This document shows, one piece after another, positions 1-12,200 of a stretch of 64,000 nucleotides of DNA. The DNA comes from Phoronis australis (Eukaryota; Animalia; Phoronida), in assembly GCA_002633005.1 (NCBI GenBank), contig NMRA01000380.1:1-64000 (forward strand), given 5' to 3'. Position 1 is the stretch's first letter; every line of letters starts with the position of its first letter. Below the pieces are notes generated by a model. It had not been told where the DNA came from and searched no databases. It saw nothing but the letters and a program-made list of their open reading frames with translations. A program made the translations under genes and the position numbers.

Positions 1-607
1 ACCAAGGACATCATGCCCGCCGATACAGGACAATATAAAATAACTGGAATGCGCTTTTACCCGGAGGAACTTCCCAACCAATCACTGTCTCTACTTTGAG
101 TGACGTCACCAGTTGAGATAACACATGTACGTTGCTTGGAGGCGGAAGTGAGTCAACTGAAACAAAATACAGTGTAGAGGAAAATAAATTAGTATACTGT
201 ATAAGACGCGAAACTTTCCTAATTCAACTGAGCATTATTTTCTATTCCTGTCATGCCATGTCTATTTCAACATATTGTTAGTACGGCTTCAGTTAACTTG
301 GTTTTGTCATTCACCACAAATAAACCTGTCGTTACAGAAAATATTTATTTCAAGACAATGACAATTCATCAGCTGGTGCTACTTAGGTATGTGTAGGAAA
401 TGAAAGAAATTTTTACTTCTGGTTAATATTGTCCATTCGGAAGCGTTCGACTCGGCCACAACGCCATCTTGTGAAATGACTGTGACTCCAAATTGCATAG
501 ACATTCCGTATCTAGACTTGAATGTAACGATTGGCTGAAATCTCTGAAACAGAATTGTGAACAACTTTCAGGTAAAGTGCGATTACAAATTAACCCGCAT
601 CTCGTTA

Positions 608-686
608 CACTCTTTAGCTAGACATCTCACTTCACTCTTTAGCTAGACATCTCACTTCACTCTTTAGCTAGACATCTCACTTCACT
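608..686. repeat. 25-bp tandem repeat x3.2
   Basis: CACTCTTTAGCTAGACATCTCACTT at 608, 633 and 658, perfect copies. Confidence 0.95.
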
Positions 687-1214
687 ACATAAGGAGCACC
701 GACGGGGCGTAAAAACTTGAATATCAGATGATCGCGTAACAGCAGCCTCAAGTTGTTTAAGAATGAAGACCTGTACTATTAGTCCGGAAATAAACATTAA
801 AAGCGACAATAAATAATTAAGTATCACTTTATTAAGCTGAATCACGTTGACAACAATTGGAAAACGTCAAATGTTTCAGGAAACAAATCATCTGAAAACA
901 GTTTCACGAAACCAAAACATCCTGTGCACAGTGGTGAAAAGATATACTGGACTAGTTTGCAGAGGGACCAGATGTACACTGAGAGTACACAAAAAGGCTG
1001 ACCTGCTCCGTTACGAGACCAAGAGTACACCTGTGCTTATTATCCGATCTGTCGCGGGACCACACAGTACTGGCTGAGATAAATAGTTTTACAAAACACA
1101 CTTTGGTAAAAAAAATCACAAGACTAGTTCGCCGAGGGACCAGAAGTACACTGAAACTCAACATCTACACAGGTCAAGCTGGCCTGGTCCGTCGCGAGAC
1201 CTAAAGTGTACTAT

Positions 1215-1900
1215 GCAAAAAAATAAATTGAAAACTTCTTTCTAGACACTTTTTAATCCCCAGTGGTTACTCATACGTTAGTCCTGTCCTTCTGTTGTCT
1301 AAACTACCGAGGAATCTGTATATCGGATCCAATGGTTTGCTCGTCTTGGAAGCATTCTACCCAGATATCTTCGACGTTTGTTCCCAAAGCTTGCACTTCA
1401 ACTGCTGTGTCAATGAGCTTGTAAGCCTCTACAATGTCAGCATCTCGTTTCGCAGCTCAGTTGGCACTAAGACCCTCGAGTCCATTCAAAAGACTTGCAT
1501 GCGCAACTAAATTTGATCCGTTCATCATGGACTACTTCAAACCTTGACGATATACACTGCATCCTAAGACCAACATGTATTTGCATCTCTTGCAATTTTC
1601 GAAATAAACGTCCCAATGTCTGAACGCTTAAAACCGGAAGTAATAATATCAAGTAAATGCCTATGGGCATGAACGTTTCATCGGGTGGGCCTTTCTACGG
1701 AAATTCCCAGTATAGAAGACGGCAGTGTGCTTATTGCAGGTAGAAAGACGGTAGGTGTTGAGGTCGGAACTAAGGCTCCTTAGGAGGCCTATTGAACACC
1801 GCACGAGTCCTGCAAAACTTTGTTGTGAAAGAACAGCCTCCCCGCAATTTCTGGTACCGTACACAGTTCGCGAATACGGTCACTTTGTCAATGTTAGTGC
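1215..1900 (-). mobile_element. Degraded hAT (Tip100/PRKRIR-like) transposase fragment
   Basis: Minus-strand translation across stops and frameshifts: LEGLSA..KRDADIVEAYKLIDTAVEVQAL...IQIPR*FRQQKDRTNV...RKEVF, matching the LS..LQ..DI..A and PR...Q..R.N motifs of this hAT group. Confidence 0.6.
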
Positions 1901-3593
1901 CCCCTTGGTCATTCCTTGTATAGACTTAACTTGTTAGAGTGTATCTTCATACGGACTCGCGACCAGACCACGGCGCCCGCCACAATAACAATTCTTCGGA
2001 AAAAGATTTTTTTTTTCAAAAATATTACGTGTACATGTACACTGTATGATATTGCGCAAGAGAACTTTTCTATACATCCGATACAAACGTGTGTAGTGTG
2101 ATAGAATGACACGGCATGACAGATGAGGTACAAACGTTGCACGTCTATTGCCCTGAATATCAGGGTTGCGGCACCACAGTATTTCCCCTAATCAAATCAA
2201 AACATGTCTTAGAGTAAAGAAGCTAGTTACCTAAAAAAATCAGCTATGGAACTGCTCTTTCAGCGAAGAATCCATCTAAAATGCTTGGCTACTTCAGAAG
2301 TGTCGACGGAAGCGCGCACACAATTGATCTCCGCGCGTTTTGCCGGTGAGCCACGAAGACTCAGCAATTCACAACGCAAAAAAAATATATATTTTCAGAG
2401 TGAACCCCACCTCAATTTTTTCCAAGTTGGTTCACTTGGGGTTTACACACGCTAGCGGTGCCCTTTTTGTTTTGCTGGAGACGTTTTTTTAATATTTATC
2501 TTTGGGTCCTGGCCCAAGGGGGGGTTTAAACCCCCTGAACCCCAAGTAGATCCGCCACTGCGTTAGTGGGGAAAACTGATACTCAAAATTTGGGCACTTA
2601 TTATCAGACCATTACCGATTTTTCTTTGACAGACCTCCACTAAAAGCACCTGTAAAAGCAGGTTTTACGAACTTTATTTATCTTTGGCACTTGGATAAGA
2701 CAAACACCTTGCGTCGAAAGCGCGTTTACAGAAATGCCTTGCGAGCAACCATTGGTAAAGATAGGTACTTAAGCAATTAGGGTGGTTTAAAGAGGCATGG
2801 GAAACGGAAGTTCGTCAAAATATATTTTAAACAATTTCTAACGTCTAATAGGCCTACAGAGTAATTCACTTTCCAACTGCAAAATTCGCATTTCTTTAAA
2901 TACGCCCGAAGAAAAAATGTAGTTACCACAGAGTTTTTAATCTCCCTCCCACTAGGATAAATGCTCATTTAGTTGCTTGAGGTCAAAAGTCACAGGAGAA
3001 GCGCTTTGTCTTGTAGGAGAAAATTCGATGACGTGGCGAGCAGTTGACAGATCGTTTTTTATTGAAATTTGAAGGGAAAAGAAAATAGTTTGATATTAAC
3101 AGAAATTAATAACCTTTACGAATGAACAAACCCTAAAAATAGCTGGTAATGAGGTTGAATTATATTTCAGTGGCAGAGAACCAAGTTCAATATTGCAACT
3201 TTAGTCTGTTTATCGCGTTCCAGGCTTCTTTAAGCTCTGTTAAGTTCGGTCATTTTGTGACTCCATGTAACTTTCATCAGAAAACTGGTTGGTTTTCTTC
3301 TCAGTATATCGCCATTCAAATAGCGGTCAGCAAAAGACTAATCAGTGAGTTGGCTAACTTACATAGGACCTCGCAACCACACCAGTTCTAACACCGCCTC
3401 AGCATTCCCATCATCCCTCGTTTTTTGCCGCACTTTTGCTGTTCAGCAGCAGCTAGTTCTGTACAGGGCAACACTAATACTTACCTTAGTACTCGTTTTT
3501 TAATTTTTTACTTTTTTTAATGTGATTTTAATCCTTAATTCTTGATTTACATTACAGTGGAAAATCATTTTTGTTGGAAAGATTCTCTCTTCT

Positions 3594-4590
3594 CAATGGC
3601 GGATCTAGGATACCATAAGGGGAGAGCCCAATATGTTGCCTCGTGGTATTGAGCAAAGCGCGAATGCATACGCACAGGCGGCCTGGAAGTTGCTGGGGTC
3701 GGGGATGTGGACTGTGGACCTTCTGCTCGGAAAACCTATCGGTGGACTAAAAAAAAAATCAGGACACGATTTTGCCGCGGTCCTGGGGTCTTAGCCGTCC
3801 CCCCCCCCGCTCATCCGCTACCAGTTCTAGTTGCTGAACTAGAACCGCCTGTGCTTCCCTTTCCATCTTGTGCAGCATCTTTGTACATGCAGCATTTTCT
3901 GAGACTCACGACCCTGACCACTTTCAAATGCGTTAAGGAACTTCAGATCCGTTTCCAATTTTAAATGAGTGGTCCTTCTTTTATCCGCTACATGTAAATT
4001 CATTGATGCAATGCAGTATCAGGCGAAAGCTCACTGAATGTCTTGTTTCTTGTGAAATGCCTCACATAGAGCATGAACCATAATTAGATCTTCAAGGAGA
4101 CGCAAAGCACTGCCTGAAGCCCGTGTGTACTTTTTGCTACACCAGACGGCTCTGTCACCACCACCGAAAATCCAAAACTGTATTAACACTTATAGGCATA
4201 TTCAGGGAGGCAGCCCCCCCCCCCCTTGGCTGCCGCAAGCAAAATGAAACAGCAACAGCGTGAAGCGTGAGGAAATATAAAGTTCAGTAACTAGGACAGG
4301 TAGCGGATGACTGGTGGGGGGCTCAGATCCCAGAGAAATTGTGTTCCCGTTTCTTTTTTATTTTTGGCCACCGATAGATGTCAGCCGTGAACGCATGGTC
4401 CATATTCCGACCTTCGCCACTTTCGGGCACTTGTGCACATATAATCGCGCTTTGCCTAATTCCCCGAGGCAACACGTTGGGCACCCGTTAATTATGGCAT
4501 AGGCGGATTTAAGGGGGGCCCAGGGGGCCCGCCCCCCCCCCCCTTGGCTGCCGCAAAATAAAATAAAACAGCAAGAGCGTAGGGAAATCA
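3594..4590. mobile_element. Cluster of partial MITE copies (CATAGGCGGATTTA/TAGATCCGCCACTG family)
   Basis: 3594-3845 is a reverse-complement match and 4193-4590 a direct match to the element at 19679-19996. Confidence 0.7.
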
Positions 4591-5159
4591 TGAGTTTATT
4601 AATTAACCCCGGTAATTAAAATTATACGGATGAAACAACATTTAAATGTGTGCAGTTTTAGTGTTAAGGGGGGGGGGCTCAGATCCAATTTCAAGTGTCA
4701 AATTCGGAACACGGCTTATTCGTAACGGAACCATGGCTAAGTACATGTATAGGCTCTCCCGCGATATCCCAGGGGACCGGCAGTGGCGCTGCGCACTACG
4801 ACTCCGTTTCCGTCGTCTGCCCCACTGTGCAATGAAGAAAATTTATTTCATTTTTTAAAGAACATGGAACCTGAGTGACGATGGAAAAACAGAAGCTGCT
4901 GGTAAGATGTGAATTTTAATCGAAGCCTTAGTGAATCACTCAGAAACTCATAACTCTCTCTTTGTCGAACCTTAACTTAGACGATTTTCAAAGCAATCCC
5001 GTCATTATTGCCAACACGAAAAACGGATTTGGTCTTTTGGGCATTTGAAGACTATTTTAAATACAACAAATTTGTTAAGAACCGATTGCACAAAATATAA
5101 AACGTGTAATAAGCATTACAAAAAGAAGTAGGTCTCTTAGTTTACTATTAATAGTAAAG

Positions 5160-5245
5160 TTGTGGTGGTGTAGCGCCACTACACTGTAGTGGTTAAGCAT
5201 GCGCGCTCCATTTGCCAGGTTGTGAGTTCGAGTCTCTGGTAACTT
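5160..5245 (+). mobile_element. tRNA-derived SINE head (degenerate)
   Basis: A-box-like TAGTGGTTAAG and B-box GTTCGAGTC, followed by a T-rich tract. Confidence 0.45.
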
Positions 5246-5999
5246 GCAGTTTTCCTGTGTGACACGTTCTCCGTTTTTTTTTTTTGTTTTTTTTTTACCT
5301 TTTTCTTGGATAATACTTCAGGAATCAAGGAAAATGCTTGATATTTAGAGGAAAAAACAGTATTGTGTGTGTGATAGGAGTTTTTGAGTTGTGTGGTGCA
5401 GTGCACGCCCTTGTTAATTATGGGTGTGTGTCCACTGTCCACCTCCTGGCCTATACGAAAATGTTCAGCAACCTGGCTTTAACTATCTATATAGGCCTAA
5501 GCTCTTGAATCTGGCGATCATTCGTGTACAGCCGTAAACGGCTCCCGTTGCAGCACGTATATGCCATTTAAACAAAATAATGTATTCATCTCGTAATTAT
5601 AAGGACAGTAGTCCCTTTTTTGGCGAAACATCCAACCCCGCTCTTAGCTAGAATACTCCTGTGACGTATTTTACGTCATTGCCACATACAATGACAAATT
5701 ACTGTGGCAAATTTTTGAAGAAAAAAACTGTTGAAAATTCGGGACATTGCGACACTTTAGTCCTATAGGGAAGGGCGAAAGTGTCGTCGCGTGTTTTGAT
5801 TTTCATTACGGCACTCTTCTACACACTGTACGTTGAAGATCACCGCCAGAGAACCTGCCACATGGGTTGTCGCACAAACATCGCCCGTGTAACTCTTCAA
5901 TAGACATGCTGGCATTTGCCTACAGCCACTTCTCGATCAAACTGTTCAGAGACTGTCAATCTGCAGGTAACTCTACGTGAAGTAAGTAATCACTCTTCC

Positions 6000-6200
6000 T
6001 CTAGTTTTTCTCCATGTAGGCTACTGAGCTGTTTGTCGGGAGGTTCTGAATATTTTTCTGAGATTGGAAATGTAGACCTCTGTCAGATTTATATCGTTGA
6101 GGAAGGGCCGTAGTCCCCTCGTTTGAGAAGATTTTCCATAGAATTTTATTTTCCGCAGTATGTTGTGGAGTTCCAATTTGAGTATATTTCACGTTGTTTT
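6000..6200 (-). mobile_element. Degenerate LTR-retrotransposon (Gypsy-like) integrase fragment
   Basis: TA..KILWKIF...LPQRYKSDRGLHFQS resembles the rve core motif GLP..I.SD.G..F.S. Confidence 0.4.
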
Positions 6201-6376
6201 TGTCTACAAAGAGCGCATGCTGTTACTTTGTTAAATAGTACATACATGTACCAACGTCTTCGGGGTCTGTTTTATCAGTGTTTAACGGTCCCCACACTTT
6301 TTAGGACTGCACCACGGGTTCTTAGTGAGCGATTCTATTGCCGTCGTGTCAACCTTGATATGCACTGTTGTTGTTG

Positions 6377-8970
6377 TTTTTTTTTTTTTTATTTATTATC
6401 ATTTACAAAACAATTACAAAAACAAACAAATATACGTAAGTACACCACTCATTCCCGCATGCACACTCAGGAAGACCATTCTCGTATCTCGTTTAAAGTA
6501 AATATCTTCTACATGTAGTTAACATGAACAATAAAATTTTCCCATTTCGAAGAGAAACTGTCATATACAAAGTTTTTATATGCAATTAATTTTTCTGCTA
6601 TATAGTACTCATAAGTTTTTGTAACGAACTTGTGAAAATTAGGTATATTTTTGTGACATCTCTTCTTGTAAATGAACTGTTTAGCTAGTAGAAGCAAAAT
6701 GTTAAATAGAAAATCATGCGTCTTGCAAAGTCCAAGAATAACACTATCGTAAGACAGACAGTTGGGAACCTGAATGCGACACTTTTGAAGTACAGCTTAC
6801 CGAATTCCTTCCAGAAATCTTGTACAAAGCTACATTCCCAAAAAAGGTGTGACAGCGTCTCTGGAGCTTTATTACAAAAGCAACATAAATCAGAATCCCT
6901 AACACACATTTTGACTTAAAAGGTATTTGTTGCAATAATCCTGTGTAGTATTCTAAATTGGAACCATCTAATATGGGGATCCTTTGTAATTTTGTGAGGT
7001 AAAGCATAATGTTTTCTTCCAATCTAAACTATCTCCTAGCTCTATTTCCCATTTAGACTCTGACTTAGGTTTCTTAACGTCATTAAAGACTGTCTGCAAC
7101 CCTTCATATCTTTCCGTATGTGGGTAATTGCTAAAGGCATGCAAGGAGATTAGACATTAACACTTTTAAATTTACTTTGAAATAGACTTTTTGAAACCTT
7201 CTTAGAACAGAAACAACACCATTATATTCTACAAAGTTGGTTTTCACATCGAAACTGTTTTTCATATTGTTTAAACTAACAAAATCACTATCAGAGGTAT
7301 ACATATCTCTAATAAATTTTAAGCCTTTTACAAACCAAGGCTTATAAAAAACAACTGTGCCTCCGATCGCCAAGTTACTATTAATCCACAAAGGTTGATT
7401 CAAAAAGTCCTCTTTACTCGCAACAATTATTTTCTTGTAGAAAGATAACTTACTTCGAAATACGTCGCGTCAGTAGGAATTATCAATTAGAGTTAACTTC
7501 GAGTTAATAAAGTCATCTCCAAATGAAGCAAAATTATTTAAGAACGGGTAGAGTCAGTACAGTAATTCACCGCAGGGCATTCAAAATATCTACGGGCCAT
7601 AGCGAGTTTTAAAGCTATGCTGAAAGTATGCATATTAACCATTTGAATTCCCCCTTGATCAAGTCCTGAGCAGGCCGTAGTTCGTCTAATTTTATCATTA
7701 CGGGCCTGCCATACAAATCTAAAAAATGTCTTATTCAATTCACCCAAGACTTTTACTGGTGGATTTGGTAAACTTGACAACAAAAAATTACGTTTAGAAA
7801 TAGCTAATGTTTTAATTACCATAATTTACTCTACCAAACGGCATTAAATTTCGTCGACTCCAACTTTTTAGTAAAGACTTGATCTCAGTTATTCTTGCAG
7901 TGAAGTTCTTATGCGTCATACTATCCAATTGGGTGTCAAAATCCACCCCCAATAATCTAAAAAAAAATTTTGTCCAAGAGAGACTTTCTTTTGTAGGAAT
8001 CACGTCATCACTACAAGTTTTACTTCCGAACCATATGGCTTTTGTTTTATCCTCATTCACTTGGAGACCGGAGACACTAGCAAACAAATGTAGTACATTC
8101 ATTGTGGTAGCCAATGACAAATTCGTCCCATCGAACGTAATTGATGTGTCGTCCGCATATTGCGAAATCAAATATTCCTTATTCCCAGCAACTACACCAG
8201 CAATATTTTTATTATTCTTGATTAAATACGCCAAAATCTCCGCGCACAATACAAAAATGTAGGGAGACAAAGGGTCACCTTGTCTGCATCCACGCGAAAT
8301 ATTGAACCAAGAAGATGGGTGACCATTTACGAGAACACATGACTTAATATTACTGTAAAAGACTTTCACCCACCTTCTGATCGACCAACCAAAATTAAGG
8401 AAAGATAAAGTTTTTTGAATAAAATTCCACGACAATGAATGAAATGCTTTCTCAAAATCAATCAGTAAAAGCAATCTAGGTTTGTTAGCTGCCTGGGCAT
8501 AAAACATTAAATCATATACCACTCGGATATTTTCGTTCTTATTTCTTCCAGAAACGAAACTTCTCTGGTCCTTACTGATTACTTTTCCCAAAACGGATTT
8601 TAACCGTTCAGCCACTGCCGAAGAAGCCAATTTATATGTCATATTGAGTAAGGATATGGGTCTTCAGTTTTTCAAATAATGTTTACTTTTACCTGCTCCC
8701 TTAGGGATGCAGGTGATCACTCCCTCTTTCTGTGTTGAGGATAACTGGCCAACAGCAAAACCTGCATTAAGTGAGCGAACAAAGAAATGTCCAATTTCAG
8801 CCCAAAAAAATTTCAAATATTCCACTGAAAAACCATCAAAGCCTGGGCTTTTGTTGTTTTTCATTTTTTTCAAGCGTTGTGTGACTTCTTCATATGTAAG
8901 AAGACCTTCTAATTTTTCTTTGTCTGTCTCATTCTGTTGTTTGTTGAATATATGTTTTGCCTGTTTCGTA
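6377..8970 (-). mobile_element. 5'-truncated L1/Tx1-clade LINE, frameshifted ORF2 (RT + C-terminal zinc finger)
   Basis: KSPGFDG, LLIDFEKAF, GCRQGDPLSP, QYADD, CCFC...ETLSHLFWEC; AATAAA + poly(A) on the minus strand at 6377-6397; no endonuclease domain. Confidence 0.93.
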
Positions 8971-9024
8971 TAATGACTGTCTTATCCTAATGACGGCTCA
9001 TACGATCTTAGGACTTACTGAGAC

Positions 9025-9225
9025 ATGTTGACGCGACTACTAGCCTCGTTTCTCTCTTTGACACACGTTGCTGGATTTACTTACTACCAAGACGAAGTGC
9101 CTAACGGGGATCGCATACCTCACCCATGCAAACGCAATTACGTGTGGCCAGGCTTGGGCCACAAGAATGAACTGGGGGGTGGTTCCAGAAACGTGTTCGG
9201 ATTGGACTTCGCAGCGGCAGGTTAT
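9025..9225 (+). CDS. Gene A exon 1 (signal peptide + temptin N-part)
   Basis: ATG at 9025; MLTRLLASFLSLTHVAGFTYYQDEVPNGDRIPHPC...DFAAAGY; donor GTAAGT at 9226. Confidence 0.9.
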
Positions 9226-12200
9226 GTAAGTTGTTCTCAAGTCGTAGGTTTAAAATCATTTCTGTACTAACCGTGTAAGACTTACCGTATCCTTTTATAA
9301 CACGTTTTATATTTGCATTTGGTCCAGGCTCTTTACGCATGTTCTAAAATGGGTGACCTCAATGGCTGCACTAATTAAGCGGTCATTCCCCTCGGGCCCA
9401 TCGGCTGAGACATCTGATTGGTTCCCCGACCGACGACGACTTCCGGCTTAAAAACCAGTCGGATATCTCAACCGATTACTAGTAACTCAGCGGTACCGAC
9501 GATGCCAAACAAGTGTTGCGTGTTTCGCATGGAGCATATACCAATATTGCCAACTGCCTCGCTTTTGACTGGACAGTCTCGCTTTTTGAAGAACTGTGTC
9601 CCGCTGCCCCGCCGCGGCATCAAAATGCCTCACTTGATTTTTGATTTACAGGAAATGCTGGGCCACCTCGAAATATGATTGCTACAGGGGCCACTTGGGC
9701 TGCCTTGCGTCACGGAATTCTCCACCGATGGGGTGAATTTGCCTGGTCGGGTACGGAGCATAACAATGCCGCCACTTGTTTTCGAGTACCAACGACAGGG
9801 AACTTACTGCATTCACATTCATTATCTCAGTCCCAATTTCATGCAAGATTGGTACTGATCAGTATGTGCCTTGCAACAAGGCTACATGTAATGTTCCCAG
9901 AAATGGCACAACACAATACCCTTTCTGTTCATCAAATGCAATTGCACTTTGGAGAAACCTTCACCAAATCTCCGTTCCAGGCGATGTACATGTATCGAAG
10001 AACGATTCTTCAAAATGGGCTAAGTACAGCCGGCGTGGCCCCTGAACTGATCGCTTTCTCCATCGCATACTGCCATACCCGTGTCCAGAGCACGGACCTG
10101 TACTTTTTTGGAAATGCAAAAACTGAAATATTGTCTGTCCGATTACTATTACTGCATCCTCTGCATATGCACGTTTTCATAATACTCGGTAGAACTCACT
10201 TCTCGAGAGCACCCCGGCTCACAACTGGTGTAGAACAACACCATGGAGATTGGTTTCCACTTATGACGTCACATACACATTTCAGTTTTTTTAACCCTCA
10301 TAAACTTAAAAGTGTTTGCGTGTAGGTTATAAGTACAGAAATTGAAGAAGAAATACTTAAAATATCATACCAAGGTTGTCGGTAACCGAATTCAAGCATT
10401 TATGACCATGGTGTAGGGTTTTACATTTTTTAAAAAGTGGTTATTAACCCACATTTCATGATGTTGATCACCGTTGACTTCAAGACTTGAAAAGACTTGA
10501 GAGTCTGTTGTTGCTCGAGACAAGATTTTTCAAGTTGGTTTGTAACGGGTTTTCTTATTATGTGCCGAGCATAACCTCAGGAAACGAACAATGTAAACCA
10601 TGCGCGCACCGCCCAGCCTAAAATATAGGGTGGCTCGAATTTTTGACAATGTGGACCTTTTACTAACAAACAACGGGCACTAAAGAAAAAACAGGGTACC
10701 CGTTTGGAGCTATGAATTCCCGCCTTTTTAGTGGATTTTTTACTCATTTTCTCGGCCTTTTTGTTTCTCTGAGGTGGACCTTTTTGCCCACTTCGCCAAA
10801 TGGGAGGCTCCTTTGAGCCCCCCGAGCCCCCCCCCCGGGTGCGCGTTTGCAAACCAAGAAATCACTCCTCAGCTGAATGAAGAAAAGACCGGTCAAATTC
10901 CATAGCGCCAAGTGGCCAAAGGAAAAAGTTCGCTTCTTGGACGGAACGTGTGCCAGTGCTTAATATATAGCCGCTTTAATTTGTGGAAACTCGCCTCGAC
11001 CAATATCGAGATGGCAGTTTTTTTCGAAGCAGTTTCATAACGGCAAGTGGTCTGAATCATTATGAATTAGTCTTTGTGATGGACAGCTGCTTTATGGCCG
11101 CTCTTACATGAAATGTGTCGTAGCCGTCGTCGTAGGCGTCGTCGTAGCTGTCGTCGTCGTATGTGCAACTCTTTCTTGGTTTTACATGCATAAAAGTAAC
11201 TTGGGCACTGCCTACTTAAATAACGCAACTGTTATGTTCCAGAAATGGACCAAAGACTTGTGCAACAAGGACAGTGATGGCGATGGCAAAACCAACGGAG
11301 CAGAGCTGGGTGATCCAAACTGTGTCTGGACTAAAGGTTTGCCCACGATTCTCGCTGTTGTATAAGGAACACGCATACCCTCAATACAGTTTCATTAATG
11401 TAGATTGCTATCTATTATAGTATTATCCAATGGCATATTGATCTGTTTTACCTATATTTTAGCCCACTATTTAATTGTTTCTAAATTAAACAAAATACCC
11501 CTTTGGAGTAGGTGTAGTCTATTTACGTTTTCTTCTCTTGTACACAATGTACACTTGAATTCAAAGCCTATGTGGGCACCAGGATCAGCTGTTTCAACAT
11601 GGTTCGTCATGACAGGCTTGCTGCTTTCGTTTCAAGATGTCATCATGATGACTTTCCTGATTATTGTCTTAAACTATAAGTTATTTACTTCCTTTGGCAG
11701 ATCTACACTAGGGTGTCCAAACGACAGATGTCCGCAGTATCCTTAAAAACGAAATGCCGCGCCTTTTTTGGTCATGATCTCAATCACAGCGCCACCTCTC
11801 CTATGTTGTACGCCCACGTGCACGGATGCACCAATTAAGAGCAGTTGGGTCTTAATCCAGTGGGTGTGCGGTAGTTTAGTTGCCCAATTTCCCCCCCCCC
11901 AAAAAAAAAAATCATGGCATTTGTTTTTTTTACAAATCACGGCGTTTCAAAACCTTGGCAACCATTGCTTACGTGCCTTTAAAAACACAAAACTTTGGTT
12001 GAAATTGATGCATACGAGACGTTTTTTAGTTGTTGAGCACAGGTCAGAAAATGAGTCGGAGTAAACACCAGAATATTTTCGCTCGGAAATCGGGTTGCCT
12101 GCTGATACAGATAGTAGACGATACATTTACTAAAACTTCTATTTCTGCCGATATGTAAAACTGTTCACAAGACTATAGATATCTGTAATAATTTTCATCG

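Noticed and set aside
608-686. Repeat array as possible CRISPR
   Set aside because: Head-to-tail repeats with no spacers, in a eukaryotic context with no cas genes
7879-8262. Plus-strand ORFs overlapping the LINE
   Set aside because: Antisense shadows of the RT frame
9675-10325. 216-aa ORF in gene A intron 1 as an extra (e.g. DOMON) exon or separate gene
   Set aside because: No recognisable motif, no counterpart in gene B, and exons 1 and 2 join in phase without it; likely TE-derived
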